A DNA stretch of 64,000 nucleotides from an uncultured virus (IMG/VR IMGVR_UViG_2850943043_000004) (IMGVR_UViG_2850943043_000004:62001-126000), one strand, 5' to 3'; counted from the first letter of the stretch, positions 9,749 to 20,543 are shown. Notes: generated from the letters alone by a model not told the origin. Program-made: numbers and translations.

Positions 9749-10814
9749 AGTTAAACAATTAAAAAATTATGCGGTTTACGATGATATCGAGGGCTTTTTA
9801 ATCAATAAAGATATAAGAAGTAGCTCAGGGAATTCTAACTATATGATGCCTTCATCAACTAGAAGGGTGTCGAACACCAGAAAGAATTATGAAGGGGATA
9901 TTAAGCAGTTCTTTAGTGTGATTAAAGGTAAAGATGTCAAAAGTTTAGTTCCCGATGATTTAGTTGTAAGTAAAAGCGAATTAAGCAACTATGTGAAGTA
10001 TCTTCAGGAAAAGGGATTAGTTAATAATAGTATTAACAGAAAAATGACCTCCCTGAAGATGCTCTATACATATTTGGAGCATGATTATAAGGACTATATT
10101 GACTTGTCGGTGTTTAATACTGTCGAAAGGCTTAAAACAGTAACTAAAAACTGGGATAAAACAACCCAGACAGAAGCCGAAAGAATCGCTCAGGATATGT
10201 ATATAAATGAAAGACAGAAACCTTTAATGAAAAAGCTGTTTGTTAAATTCGCCATCAGAACTTCTTTTCGTGTAAGTGCGATTTTGCGAGTAAGATGGAA
10301 AGACATACAGCTTGATGAAAGTACAGGCCATTATATAGTAACAGTTATTGATAAAGGATCTCAGGTTGTGTCTACAGGCATTAACCAGGTATTTTATGAG
10401 GAATTGTTGCAGCTGAAGGAAGAGGATGACATCGAAACTGAATTGGTTTTTCAGGGGCTTTCGGAACAATCTTTACGACACTCCTTAAAAAGGTCGAAAA
10501 AAAGATTAGGAATACCTCCTGAAAGAGAATTAGTCTTACACTCATTTAAGGGTGTAGGAATTGACTATGTCTATGAGAATTCTGGTCACGATTTACTTGC
10601 AGCAAAAGAACAAGGAAATCATAAAAACACATTAACAACAGAGAGATATATGAGCAGAAAGATTAACATAGCGAACTCTGCTGGTGTAACAATGGATGAA
10701 AAAATCGATTTAAATCCACTATATGAAGCAACCCAAGAGGATTTTATTAGTTTTTTTGAAAACGCTGATCTTGTTACATTAAAAAAGTTTATAAAGCATG
10801 TAAATGAGCGATAA
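9738..10814 (+). CDS. yopP: tyrosine-recombinase-fold protein YopP
   Basis: RTSFRVS, DKG, HSFK, GNH and TERY motifs. Confidence 0.85.
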   Translation: MQNKVKQLKNYAVYDDIEGFLINKDIRSSSGNSNYMMPSSTRRVSNTRKNYEGDIKQFFSVIKGKDVKSLVPDDLVVSKSELSNYVKYLQEKGLVNNSINRKMTSLKMLYTYLEHDYKDYIDLSVFNTVERLKTVTKNWDKTTQTEAERIAQDMYINERQKPLMKKLFVKFAIRTSFRVSAILRVRWKDIQLDESTGHYIVTVIDKGSQVVSTGINQVFYEELLQLKEEDDIETELVFQGLSEQSLRHSLKRSKKRLGIPPERELVLHSFKGVGIDYVYENSGHDLLAAKEQGNHKNTLTTERYMSRKINIANSAGVTMDEKIDLNPLYEATQEDFISFFENADLVTLKKFIKHVNER

Positions 10815-10920
10815 TCATTTTTTCGGTATATTACTCAGTTCAAATGATAATTCTTCTTGATTAACCAGATTGCCTTTGGTAACTTTAAATTTAGCAACAT
10901 GACATGAGGTGAAAGGCTAT

Positions 10921-12303
10921 ATGACAGTGATCTTTGATCAGTCTGCAAATGAGAAACTGCTTTCAGAAATGAAAGATGCTATCTCGAAAAATAAACACAT
11001 AAGATCTTTTATTAACGATATTCAATTAGAGATGGCTAAAAATAAAATTACTCCAGGGACAACACAAAAATTAATTTATGATATAGAAAATCCAGAAGTC
11101 GAAATTTCTAAAGAATATATGTACTTTTTAGCCAAGTCCCTATACTCAGTTCTTGAAAGTGAAAGGTTTAATCCACGAAATTACTTCACAGAAACGGATA
11201 TGAGAGAAATTGAAACGTTATGGGAAGGATCTGTGGAGGAAGATATAAAATTTCCGTATACATTCAAACAAGTTGTAAAGTATTCAGATGATAATTATTT
11301 CTTCCCCATCACTGCTAAAGAGTTGTTTATGCTTTTTGAAAATAAGTTATTGCACTATAATCCTAATGCTCAAAGAACGAACAAAACGAAAAAACTAGAG
11401 GGCTCAGATATTGAGATACCTGTACCGCAGCTCAATAAACAATCGGTTGAAGAAATAAAGGAACTGTTCTTAGATGGGAAATTAATTAAATCGGTTTTTA
11501 CTTTTAATGCCCGTGTTGGAAGCGCAAGTTGTGGCGAAGAATTAAAATATGATGACGACACTATGTCGCTTACAGTGACTGAAGACACCATTTTAGACGT
11601 TTTAGACGGATATCACCGGCTAATAGGCATTACTATGGCTTTAAGACAGCATCCTGAGTTAGATCATTTGTTTGAAGAAACCTTTAAAGTGGACATCTAT
11701 AACTACACTCAAAAAAGGGCGAGAGAGCATTTTGGGCAACAAAACACAATAAATCCAGTGAAGAAATCTAAAGTAGCTGAGATGAGCCAAAATGTTTATT
11801 CTAATAAAATTGTTAAGTTCATTCAGGATAATAGCATAATTGGTGATTATATAAAGACAAATGGAGACTGGATAAATCAAAATCAGAACTTACTTATAAC
11901 TTTTTCTGACTTCAAAAAGGCAATTGAAAGAAGTTATTCTAAAAAAGATTTTTCAACTCAGGCAGATATTTTAAAAACTGCAAGATACCTTACATCTTTC
12001 TTTGATGCTTTAGCTACACAATATGTGGATGAGTTCTTAGGTGATATAGCAAAAGAAAGAAAGAGAAGTTTTGTGAACAACTATTTGTTCTTTAACGGCT
12101 ACGTTGTACTAGCTAAGAAGTTGCAGTTAGATGGAGTAAGTCTAGATGATTTAGAAAGTAAAATTACCGATGTTTTAAGCTCTATAGACTTTAGTAAGAA
12201 AAATAAATTGTGGGATGAATTAGGTGTAGTAGACAAGAATGGAAATGCTAAATCACCACAAAAGATATGGAATTTCTTTAACAATTTAAAAATAGACGAG
12301 TAA
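10921..12303 (+). CDS. yopQ: YopQ, ParB/DndB-like (DGxHR) protein
   Basis: VLDGYHRL motif; syntenic. Confidence 0.85.
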   Translation: MTVIFDQSANEKLLSEMKDAISKNKHIRSFINDIQLEMAKNKITPGTTQKLIYDIENPEVEISKEYMYFLAKSLYSVLESERFNPRNYFTETDMREIETLWEGSVEEDIKFPYTFKQVVKYSDDNYFFPITAKELFMLFENKLLHYNPNAQRTNKTKKLEGSDIEIPVPQLNKQSVEEIKELFLDGKLIKSVFTFNARVGSASCGEELKYDDDTMSLTVTEDTILDVLDGYHRLIGITMALRQHPELDHLFEETFKVDIYNYTQKRAREHFGQQNTINPVKKSKVAEMSQNVYSNKIVKFIQDNSIIGDYIKTNGDWINQNQNLLITFSDFKKAIERSYSKKDFSTQADILKTARYLTSFFDALATQYVDEFLGDIAKERKRSFVNNYLFFNGYVVLAKKLQLDGVSLDDLESKITDVLSSIDFSKKNKLWDELGVVDKNGNAKSPQKIWNFFNNLKIDE

Positions 12304-12326
12304 TTACTTAGGAGTTGTTTGTTGCA

Positions 12327-13303
12327 ATGTTCAATAGTGAGATTAAGGAAAAATATTTAGATACCTTATCTGAGGGTATGGTTATGCAGATGAGGCCTAT
12401 TTTTGCAAAAGCAGAGATTACTGAGACTTTATATAATAAAGACATTTATGATTTCACATCAATGCAAATTTTAGAACTTATACGATCATTCGATCAAACC
12501 ACTATTGGTAGTGTTCGAAGAACCTTAGCATTATTGTCATTGTATATTGATTGGGCAATTTCATATAAGTTAAGTAAAGGATTAACCAATTTGGCAAGAA
12601 CTATTTCTGAAGAAGAGCTTTATGAATGTCTCGGAGACAAAAATTATATATTACTTATAGTGAATTAGAGGAAATGGAAAATCAATTAGTTAACTATCAA
12701 TCAAAGGCTGTATTAAGGCTGTTGTTTGAAGGGGTTTCAGGTTTAGCTCATTCTGAATTGCTAAGTTTAACGAAGAAGCAAGTTGAGGATGCAATGCTTA
12801 ACGGTAACGTTTTAACCCTGTATGATTCAAAGCACGGTGAACGAAAACTAAAAGTAAGTAGTGAATGTCTTGTTATTGCCTTAAATGCAGCTCAGGAAAC
12901 TAAATATAAATTAAAGAATGGGAAGGCAAAAGGCCAAACAAAAGAAGTCTTTTTAGTTGAAAATGATTATGTAGTTAAAACAAAAAGAACGTCTAACAAA
13001 GGAGACGGCCAAGCAAGCAAATTTGTCATAACTAATTTAATTACCGATATATCTGAGTTCTTTAAAATTAACTTTTTAACACCAAACACTATTGTTAGAT
13101 CTGGTCATTTATATAGAGCATATCAGCTTTATAAAGAAAAAGGGGTTATTGATAACTCTGTAAGGTATCAGATTATAGATGACTTTAATTTAAGAGTGAA
13201 ATCCAAATATCGAGCAGTTTATTCAATGCAAGATTATATTAATGAGGAAGAAGTTAATAAATATTACGCAGAAGAACTAGGTCTAAAAGAGACGACCATT
13301 TAA
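12327..13303 (+). CDS. yopR: master repressor MrpR/YopR (integrase-like fold), frameshifted near 12640
   Basis: ORFs 12315..12668 and 12626..13303 join at an A run; syntenic; terminator at about 13309-13345. Confidence 0.85.
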
Positions 13304-13492
13304 ATATGAAATCCATTTGACTATTTTGGTTAAATGGATTTTTCTTTTATCTCAAAAAAATTGTGAAAAAATTCGCATTTCGACAAAAATAGACAAAATA
13401 ATCACTTTAAATACATGTTTAAATGTAGTAAGATGGTCATGTAAACCATATGGTTTACTAAGGAGGAGACCAAGACCAAAGTCTTAGTCGTT

Positions 13493-13716
13493 TCAATGCC
13501 TTTCAACCTTGAATTCATAGAGGTCTTCGACATTACAATCTAAAGCAGCAGCAATTCTTTTGCAGTTCGAATAGACATATCTACTTTAACTAATCGATTA
13601 TAGTCGCTCAGCTGCTGTTTCTTAATCCCAGTTATCTCTGAAAGTTCATTGATTGTAATGTCTTTCTTTCTACATAATTCAGGTATCAAGCATTGCCCGA
13701 TCTCAACTTTAATCAT
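13493..13716 (-). CDS. yopS: Xre HTH regulator YopS (frameshifted)
   Basis: MIKVEIGQCLIPELCRKKDITINELSEITGIKKQQLSDY..IAAALDCNVEDLYEF. Confidence 0.8.
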
Positions 13717-13835
13717 AATCGGACATCCTCCTGCGTTCTGTTATGGAAAGACATAATACATATCATACCATACGAAGCCGATAAATAACCACTAGCATAA
13801 CACCTACTTTCTATGTATAATGATTATACAAAACA

Positions 13836-13847
13836 GAACGCACGTTC
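13836..13847. promoter_or_regulatory. LexA (SOS) box between yopS and yopT
   Basis: GAAC-GCAC-GTTC. Confidence 0.65.
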
Positions 13848-13898
13848 CCTTAACACCTTAAGGGTTTATCACAGAAAATTGAACATAGGAGAATGAGG

Positions 13899-14116
13899 AT
13901 GGCAGGTTATTTAAACAATATTGCACTGAATCTGGAGATTGTACTCAAAACAAAGCAGATAGTCCAGAAGTCTCTGAAACATTGGTAACCAGGATTTGTG
14001 AAAATTTACTTTTATCTAAAGAAGTCTCGTTTTTAAAAGCTGACGGATCAGTTGAAAATTTTAAATTAAGTGATATGGAATATGAAATAACAAATACAGA
14101 AGAATTGCCTGAGTAA
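13899..14116 (+). CDS. yopT: YopT (frameshifted)
   Basis: MAGYLNNIALNLEIVL..EYEITNTEELPE. Confidence 0.75.
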
Positions 14117-14184
14117 AAATAAAAAAAGAAAGACTCCATTAAACATAATGTAATCAGCAGCAAGAGGAGAATGAAGGTATTGTT

Positions 14185-14382
14185 TTGAATATATTTGTTG
14201 ATCAAGATAATTACAAAGAGGTTAGTCTAAGACTTACAAAAAAATTGCTGACTTCAGAACATTATCAATTCCTACTTGGTTTCAAGGGAGAGAAATTAGA
14301 TATTACAATTTCAGTTACACCACAAAGCCTCGTTAAGCTTAGGGATGACATCAATGAATTGATCTTTATGTTCTCAGATTAA
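14185..14382 (+). CDS. yopU: YopU-like protein
   Basis: 65 aa, syntenic; followed by a hairpin. Confidence 0.65.
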   Translation: MNIFVDQDNYKEVSLRLTKKLLTSEHYQFLLGFKGEKLDITISVTPQSLVKLRDDINELIFMFSD

Positions 14383-14417
14383 AATTAGATTCGGTCACAT
14401 AAATTGGCCGAATCTAA

Positions 14418-14473
14418 TTGACAGATATTAAATGATGGTTATAGTTTATTCAAATACAAATAATATGTATATA
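14418..14473 (+). promoter_or_regulatory. sigma-A promoter and SPBRE upstream of yopV
   Basis: TTGACA..TATAGT, then CAAATAATATGTATATA. Confidence 0.7.
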
Positions 14474-14492
14474 GGAGATGGTAAAGGGAGCT

Positions 14493-14687
14493 ATGTTGCT
14501 TGATGAAAAGCTCGATAAATTAATGAAAACGATTCTGCGATTAAAAGCATACAAAGAAGAGGAAAATTTACGAAGAGTCATCGGAGAATTTCATTCAATA
14601 ATTGATTATGCTTACGAGGGGATGTATATAGCTGAAGATATGTTAAGAGAAGAAGAAAGTAAGGGCAAAGAAGTAAGTACATATTGA
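14493..14687 (+). CDS. yopV: YopV-like protein
   Basis: 64 aa, syntenic. Confidence 0.65.
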   Translation: MLLDEKLDKLMKTILRLKAYKEEENLRRVIGEFHSIIDYAYEGMYIAEDMLREEESKGKEVSTY

Positions 14688-14772
14688 ATTGTGTAATTTT
14701 CACTAAGGTAACAAAATTAAAATTAGTGGATAAAATGTAAGTTTTATCGAGATTCAGATAAGGAGGAATAAC

Positions 14773-15054
14773 ATGGGTGCATTAATCGCTAAGCAGCCGA
14801 ATGGACGGTACTGCCGATTTAGTTCAGTGGTAGACTGTCCGACGCACATAAATATGACGCGTGAAGACTATTTAAATAATTTTACTGGGACAACAAAAGG
14901 AAGGGAAGATGCTGAAGACACACTGACGAATTATCTCAAGCCGTTTCACGAAGTTATAAAGTGGTACACGCCGCTGTATATGAGTGAAAAAGAGTTTGTG
15001 GTTGTGTTAAAGGAAATGTGTGATAAAAATCCAAGGGAGCCGCGGATATTATGA
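14773..15054 (+). CDS. hypothetical phage protein
   Basis: ORF with AAGGAGG RBS. Confidence 0.65.
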   Translation: MGALIAKQPNGRYCRFSSVVDCPTHINMTREDYLNNFTGTTKGREDAEDTLTNYLKPFHEVIKWYTPLYMSEKEFVVVLKEMCDKNPREPRIL

Positions 15055-15431
15055 ACACAGCATACAGAGTTTGGGACGGCGAGAAGATGCATTATTGGGA
15101 TGATGGTGAGCTGAGTCTTATTATCTCGGGTGGAGAATGGAGGCTGTGTCGCAATATCGTTGGAGCTCTTTATCCCATCTGTATTGCGTCTAGTGCTCAA
15201 AAAAATACTTCTCTCATGTGGGGAACAGGGTTAAAGGACGAAACTGGAAAAATGATTTATCCCGGCAATGAGATCGAATTCTATGTAGAGGGTTTTTCCA
15301 TCCCTTCTAAAATGGTGAGATTGACCAAAACAATCGAAACATCAGGAGGAATCCACAATGTACCGGGTGACTACGGAGAGAATATCAGAATCATTGGTGA
15401 TGTTTACGAAAAGAAGGAGGGCGCGGAATAA
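15051..15431 (+). CDS. YopX-family protein
   Basis: YRVWD, TGLKDETGKMIY and IIGDVYE motifs. Confidence 0.8.
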   Translation: MNTAYRVWDGEKMHYWDDGELSLIISGGEWRLCRNIVGALYPICIASSAQKNTSLMWGTGLKDETGKMIYPGNEIEFYVEGFSIPSKMVRLTKTIETSGGIHNVPGDYGENIRIIGDVYEKKEGAE

Positions 15432-15640
15432 TGGCATTTCACAAAGAAGTGATTGAGACTATATACAAAACGGTTGTTATTTGCGATAAGTGCGGTAAAG
15501 AGAAGGTTTTAAACATAGGGCATCCGTTATCGTGGGAGGGGCATATGAACGGCGCTTTACACCATGATTACACATTCACGGAGAAGGGGAACGGTTTTGA
15601 AACTCTATGCCCCGCATGTCAGAAGGAGGGCGCGGAGTGA
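15431..15640 (+). CDS. small CxxC..CxxC protein
   Basis: CDKC and CPAC. Confidence 0.6.
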   Translation: MAFHKEVIETIYKTVVICDKCGKEKVLNIGHPLSWEGHMNGALHHDYTFTEKGNGFETLCPACQKEGAE

Positions 15641-16068
15641 GTGAGAATTCTAATCTGCTATCGGAGGATAATGTGAAATCAAATCAAAGAGAAAAGTTCC
15701 TTGCAAAAGGTATCCCATATGATGAGCTTGACACACAAATGATCAATTTAATTGATATTTTAAATTTCAAGATTGGATTAAAAACACGCTACTGTTGTTT
15801 TGGGCATAAACCATACGAAGAAATTCAAGTGATGTTTGAAGAAGAAGTGAACATAAAAGAAGACCAAATTCTAGTATTAGCAGAACTAGCGGGTAGAGAA
15901 TGGAAAGGCCTACAGATAAGCTTTAGCAAATGGGCGAGGTTTTCCCCGTTGATGTTTAATTGGTCATTGGTGTTATCGAAGAGATTCAGAAACCCAGAAG
16001 ATCCAAATAAATACCGTTATCTAAGATCAGTTGAAGAATTCTTTGAGAGTTATGCTGCAAAGAATTGA
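15637..16068 (+). CDS. hypothetical protein (YoqC-like)
   Basis: [12 protein letters not shown] motif. Confidence 0.6.
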   Translation: MSENSNLLSEDNVKSNQREKFLAKGIPYDELDTQMINLIDILNFKIGLKTRYCCFGHKPYEEIQVMFEEEVNIKEDQILVLAELAGREWKGLQISFSKWARFSPLMFNWSLVLSKRFRNPEDPNKYRYLRSVEEFFESYAAKN

Positions 16069-16089
16069 TAAAAGATGCATTTTAAATAA

Positions 16090-16863
16090 ATGGAGGAATG
16101 TTATTTGAACAATAACTTAACTGTAATCGAACAGAACGAACAACTTTTGGTGGATAGTCGTGAAGTGGCGGAGATGATCGGGAAAGAGCATAAAGAATTT
16201 CTCAGAACAATCCATAATCATATCCAAATTTTAGAAAGCGCAAAGTTGCGCTCTCAGGATTTTTACATTAAAGATCACTATAAAACAGAAGGTAACAATA
16301 AATCCTACATATATTATCTTCTCACTCGTAAAGGTTGCGACATGGTTGCGAACAAAATGAATGGAACAAAAGGCGTTTTGTTTACAGCGCATTATGTCAC
16401 TCGATTTGAAGAGATGGAGAAGGCGTTAAAAGTAAAACCTTCCCTAATTGATACATATCTAGATATGAATGAAGATGAACGTGCCATTGCTTATTTCACT
16501 GAAAGAAAAGCAAAGCGAGAATTGCAGGAGCAATTAACATTGGCTGAACCAAAAGTAGAGAAATATGATCGCTTTCTTAATACAGATGGATTAATGAAAA
16601 TAGGACAAGTGGCAAAAGCGATTGGCATAAAAGGAATGGGTCAAAACAATTTATTTCGCTTTTTGAGAGAAAATAAAGTTCTTATTGATGGAACAAACAA
16701 AAACGCTCCATATCAAAAATATGTAGAAAGAGGATTCTTTCAAGTGAAGACCCAGGAGACATGTGTTGGAATTAAAACAATTACTCTTGTTACTCCTAAA
16801 GGTGCCGATTTTATTGCTGATCTTCTAATGAAACATGGGCACAAAAGAGAAATAGCATCATAG
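16090..16863 (+). CDS. yoqD: Rha-family regulator / antirepressor with KilAC-type C-terminus (YoqD-like)
   Basis: VDSREVAEMIGKEH, LTRKGC and VTPKG motifs. Confidence 0.8.
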   Translation: MEECYLNNNLTVIEQNEQLLVDSREVAEMIGKEHKEFLRTIHNHIQILESAKLRSQDFYIKDHYKTEGNNKSYIYYLLTRKGCDMVANKMNGTKGVLFTAHYVTRFEEMEKALKVKPSLIDTYLDMNEDERAIAYFTERKAKRELQEQLTLAEPKVEKYDRFLNTDGLMKIGQVAKAIGIKGMGQNNLFRFLRENKVLIDGTNKNAPYQKYVERGFFQVKTQETCVGIKTITLVTPKGADFIADLLMKHGHKREIAS

Positions 16864-16919
16864 ATTTGAAAACTTTTAGATAAAAGTAAAATCTTATTGA
16901 GAAAGGGAGGATCTAAAAA

Positions 16920-17084
16920 ATGGAGAATGATGTTTTATATGGAGTATATAATACACGATCACGAAAGTTTTGCTTTGGAATAACAGAACCATCAAAAACA
17001 AAAGCAAGAAAAAAGTTATTCGATCGAATTGGCTCAGATGCATACAAATGGCGTTTTGAAATTAGAAAAATTAAAAGAAAGTAG
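16920..17084 (+). CDS. 54-aa basic protein (YoqE-like)
   Basis: MENDVLYGVYNTRSRKFCFG..WRFEIRKIKRK; strong RBS. Confidence 0.65.
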   Translation: MENDVLYGVYNTRSRKFCFGITEPSKTKARKKLFDRIGSDAYKWRFEIRKIKRK

Positions 17085-17092
17085 TTGAAAAA

Positions 17093-17296
17093 ATGAAATT
17101 TGCACCAATGGATAAAGTTAAATTAAAAACAGCTAGTCATTTCAACAAACTTCGAACTTTAAAAAAAAGAGTTCCTGAATTAGATGATCCTTTACTCGGC
17201 GAATGCTGGGAATTTGAAGAAGACGGTTTGAAACAATTTGATTGGGAGGAGAACTACGAATTTGTCGCTAGACCCAAACATTTTAATTGGGATTAA
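17093..17296 (+). CDS. YoqF-like protein
   Basis: 67 aa, syntenic. Confidence 0.6.
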   Translation: MKFAPMDKVKLKTASHFNKLRTLKKRVPELDDPLLGECWEFEEDGLKQFDWEENYEFVARPKHFNWD

Positions 17297-17347
17297 AAAC
17301 AGAATCTAATTAAAATTGAAGTTTTAAATGAAATACAGGAGGGATCA

Positions 17348-17980
17348 GTGATTGCTGAAAAAACTAATGCCTCAGTAAAGATGTATCTAGAGGATGATAT
17401 AGCAAGGTTATATCAAGATCACTTTCGATTGATAACGGGGCAAAACCTAAATAGTAATTTGATAGAGAATAAATCATCTGTAATAAGTGCAAAAGAGATT
17501 GAGAACTGTATACAGCTGCTACATAAGGATTATCATAACCTAGGGATTAGAATATTTGTGTTTCAAAATAAAATTCAAGCAGTACTTAATTTTTTGAATC
17601 CCCTTGGAGCACCTTTTTGCTTAAAAACCATAAGAAGCATCTTTAGAAAACAACTGGTTGGTTTAAATGGGTTTGGGATTATTCACATTTATCCGTTCAA
17701 TTATCCAAAAGATTTAACTTGCTACAAGCAGACTATAAAGCTCTTTATTCTCGAAACGCAGTACCATGAACTTAGACACGCTTACCAAGATGAGTTTATG
17801 ACTTGGATTAAAGAATCGAATTATGTAGATGGAGGTCAACCTGGCTATTTTGCACAGAAAAGCGAACGAGATGCAAGACACTTTGCGACTAGAATGATGA
17901 ATAAGTTTCATGATGACATTAATGATATTCTAGGAATAAAGATTAAATGGGAATCTTGCTGGGGAAGGTTAGAGATTTGA
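17348..17980 (+). CDS. HExxH zinc-metallopeptidase-like protein
   Basis: YHELRHAYQ plus downstream SERDARHFA. Confidence 0.65.
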   Translation: MIAEKTNASVKMYLEDDIARLYQDHFRLITGQNLNSNLIENKSSVISAKEIENCIQLLHKDYHNLGIRIFVFQNKIQAVLNFLNPLGAPFCLKTIRSIFRKQLVGLNGFGIIHIYPFNYPKDLTCYKQTIKLFILETQYHELRHAYQDEFMTWIKESNYVDGGQPGYFAQKSERDARHFATRMMNKFHDDINDILGIKIKWESCWGRLEI

Positions 17981-17998
17981 AAAAGGAGCTGTTGTATT

Positions 17999-18202
17999 GT
18001 GAAAGATATCCGAGTGATATATGACAGAAACAAAACTTTGGAAGCGGTCGTTGTCCAGTTTGGAGACTATATGTGTGAGCTAACGGACTCACAAGTGGTT
18101 AATGAAGAAAATAAAGAATTCGATGTTCTTAATGGTGAATATCAAGGAATTTGGAAATATGAAAAGGGCAACACTGCGAAGTCGAAATTTATGATGGTGT
18201 AG
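17999..18202 (+). CDS. hypothetical protein
   Basis: ORF with RBS. Confidence 0.5.
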   Translation: MKDIRVIYDRNKTLEAVVVQFGDYMCELTDSQVVNEENKEFDVLNGEYQGIWKYEKGNTAKSKFMMV

Positions 18203-18275
18203 ACAAGTGGGTCTGTCAAGCATTCTTACACTGAATAAAAAGACTGTTTTAACGGAAATGAGAGGTGAACAGTTA

Positions 18276-18518
18276 ATGAAATTAAGGATAATGAAATGTT
18301 CAGACGCAAGCTACTGGTACAGAGATGAGATAGGTATGTATTACGATGTATTAAATAAAGGCGTGATAGCTCACAGTGTGCAACATGATTCAAACACTCC
18401 TTTATCAAAAGCTGCAGTTCTTAAAGAAGATGCCATTATTTTTGAAGATGAGAAGCTTGATAAGATTCAGCAGGTGTTTAGAAAACTAGATGATCAGCTA
18501 AAAAAGATTTGTTTATAG
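18276..18518 (+). CDS. hypothetical protein
   Basis: Likely start MKLRIMKC after GAGGTG. Confidence 0.5.
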   Translation: MKLRIMKCSDASYWYRDEIGMYYDVLNKGVIAHSVQHDSNTPLSKAAVLKEDAIIFEDEKLDKIQQVFRKLDDQLKKICL

Positions 18519-18535
18519 GATGGTGAAAATGCATC

Positions 18536-19209
18536 ATGGCAATTGATTTTGCAAAGTTCAATGATCCAGAATGGAAAAAGCAGTGGGCTGATGAAAGAAA
18601 AAAACGTGAGCGGCTTTTAGAAGAAAAAGAAAAACTGAGAAAGAAGACAGTTTGCTTTACCGGCCACAGACCAAACAAATTGGGTGGTTATGATATGAAA
18701 AATCCCACAATGCTCAAACTCAAAGATAAGCTGCTTGAAGTTATTGAAGAGTTAATCACAAAAGAAGATAAGTCCAGGTTTATAACTGGAGGAGCGTTAG
18801 GAACTGATCAGGCTGCTTGCTGGTGTGTACATATTCTAAAGAAGAAATACCCACATATTAAAAACATAATTGCTACGCCTTTCAAAGAACAAGACAAAGT
18901 TTGGTCTTCAGAACAAAAATGTGGTACAAACGTATGCTTGATGTGGCAGATGAGATTATTAATGTTGAAGAATTAGATAAATATAAAGTTAGTGGAGATA
19001 AACTAGGAGAGTTTTCGCCGGCTAAGATGCAAAAGCGAAATGAATACATGATTGATCACAGTGAAGCAATAGTAGCTGTTTATGATGGAAGTAAAAGTGG
19101 TACAAGAAACTGCTTAAATTACGCCAAGAAAACTTACTTAGGACATCAACTATGGAGACTTCATCCTGATTTTAATTTTGAATTAGATATTACGTATTTT
19201 GTTGGATGA
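18536..19209 (+). CDS. yoqJ: SLOG/YspA (DUF1273) family protein, YoqJ-like (frameshifted)
   Basis: CFTGHRP, ITGGALGTD, RNEYMID and YDGSKSGT motifs. Confidence 0.8.
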
Positions 19210-19228
19210 TAAGGAGAGGTGAACTTTT

Positions 19229-19438
19229 CTGAAACTAATAGAAGAAAGAACATATGAAGAACGATTGTACATATATTATGATGATATTGAAGCCAGAAAG
19301 CATTTCGTAAGTGAATTAGAACCAAAAGGGTGGATGGTGGACAATTGCTGGGTTGGGATTGATCTAAATCAAATAAAACAGTTTTATCGATTCAAGAGGG
19401 AATTAACTGATGATTATGTTTTTACAGATAGACTATAG
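19229..19438 (+). CDS. hypothetical protein (YoqK-like, CTG start)
   Basis: 69-codon open frame after AAGGAGAGGT. Confidence 0.5.
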   Translation: MKLIEERTYEERLYIYYDDIEARKHFVSELEPKGWMVDNCWVGIDLNQIKQFYRFKRELTDDYVFTDRL

Positions 19439-20162
19439 AGCAGGGGCAATTAATATAGCTGAAAAATTAATTGATAGTAAAAAGCATAAAATAATAAACG
19501 GATATTATCACAAGAATTGTATAAGTTGTAAAAGCTGGTTACCGGCAACTGAAGAGAATTTTTACTCTGTGAAGAAAAATAAGGATGGACTTCATTCATA
19601 TTGTAAAGCTTGCGTATTAAAAAGGCTAAAGAAAGCATGTTGAAGAATTATGACAAACAGCTTGAACGAATGAGGGAAAGAAACCTTCTTCCAGGGATGA
19701 AAAAGGCCAAAAAGAAATACAACTCAAGTTTGAAAAAGAAAAAAAACACAACAAATTTGGCAAGAAAAGAACAAGCTAAAATTAAAAAACTACCGTTTAC
19801 AAAGAGATGCTCACAAGAAACATAACATTACAGATGTACAGTGGCAAAAGTGCAAAGACTACTTTAACAGCAAGTGTGCTTATTGCGGGCTGAAAATTGA
19901 AGACCATAAGATATTATTCAAAGGAACCTATATACAAAGTGATTTTCATAAAGAGCATGTAGATCACAAAGGGGCTAATGATATAAGCAACTGCATACCT
20001 GCCTGTAAATCTTGCAATAGCTCAAAGCACGACTTTGCATTTGAAGAGTGGTACAACTCATCAAACAAAAACTTCTCATCCGAAAGATTGTTAAAGATTA
20101 AAGAATGGCTAAATCGTTTTAAAGCAGAACGACAAGATTCAGAATGGAGGACAAAGGGATAA
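19410..20162 (+). CDS. HNH endonuclease YoqL-like (frameshifted)
   Basis: N-terminal CxxC pairs; C-terminal CAYCG..EHVDH..N.IPACKSCNSSK. Confidence 0.7.
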
Positions 20163-20312
20163 GATACATCAGATACATAATTGATACAGCTTGGTTTAAC
20201 TTAGTTTGGTTTAAATGGCATCTTGGAGCGGATATAAGCATATTTGATGGCTGTGGATGGAATACATATAAATATTTAAAGGATAAAAATAAAATAAGTG
20301 GAGGTTACAGAA

Positions 20313-20528
20313 ATGATAAAGAGGAATCTGCTTAGCAACCACGTTGATGAGATTATTGGTGAATATTACGCTGCTAAAGGATATTCAGTCCATAGCATTG
20401 AACGCCAGGAAAATGGACAACTGATTGTTGTTACGGAACGAGTAGCAGAGGAGAAGGAACCGGCAAAGGTTGATATCGCATTTGATTTTGTACATAGAAG
20501 ATCGCACAGGAAGAAGTATTTAGCTTAA
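20313..20528 (+). CDS. YoqN-like protein
   Basis: ORF after GGAGG. Confidence 0.55.
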   Translation: MIKRNLLSNHVDEIIGEYYAAKGYSVHSIERQENGQLIVVTERVAEEKEPAKVDIAFDFVHRRSHRKKYLA

Positions 20529-20543
20529 AAAAAAGGCAAAGAG

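Noticed and set aside
13401..13437. ATCACT as a second AimR operator
   Set aside because: No AGTGAT half-site 25 bp downstream
19371..19390. TAAAACAGTTTTATCGA as a junction site
   Set aside because: The spacer is only 3 bp and it lies inside the 19229..19438 reading frame
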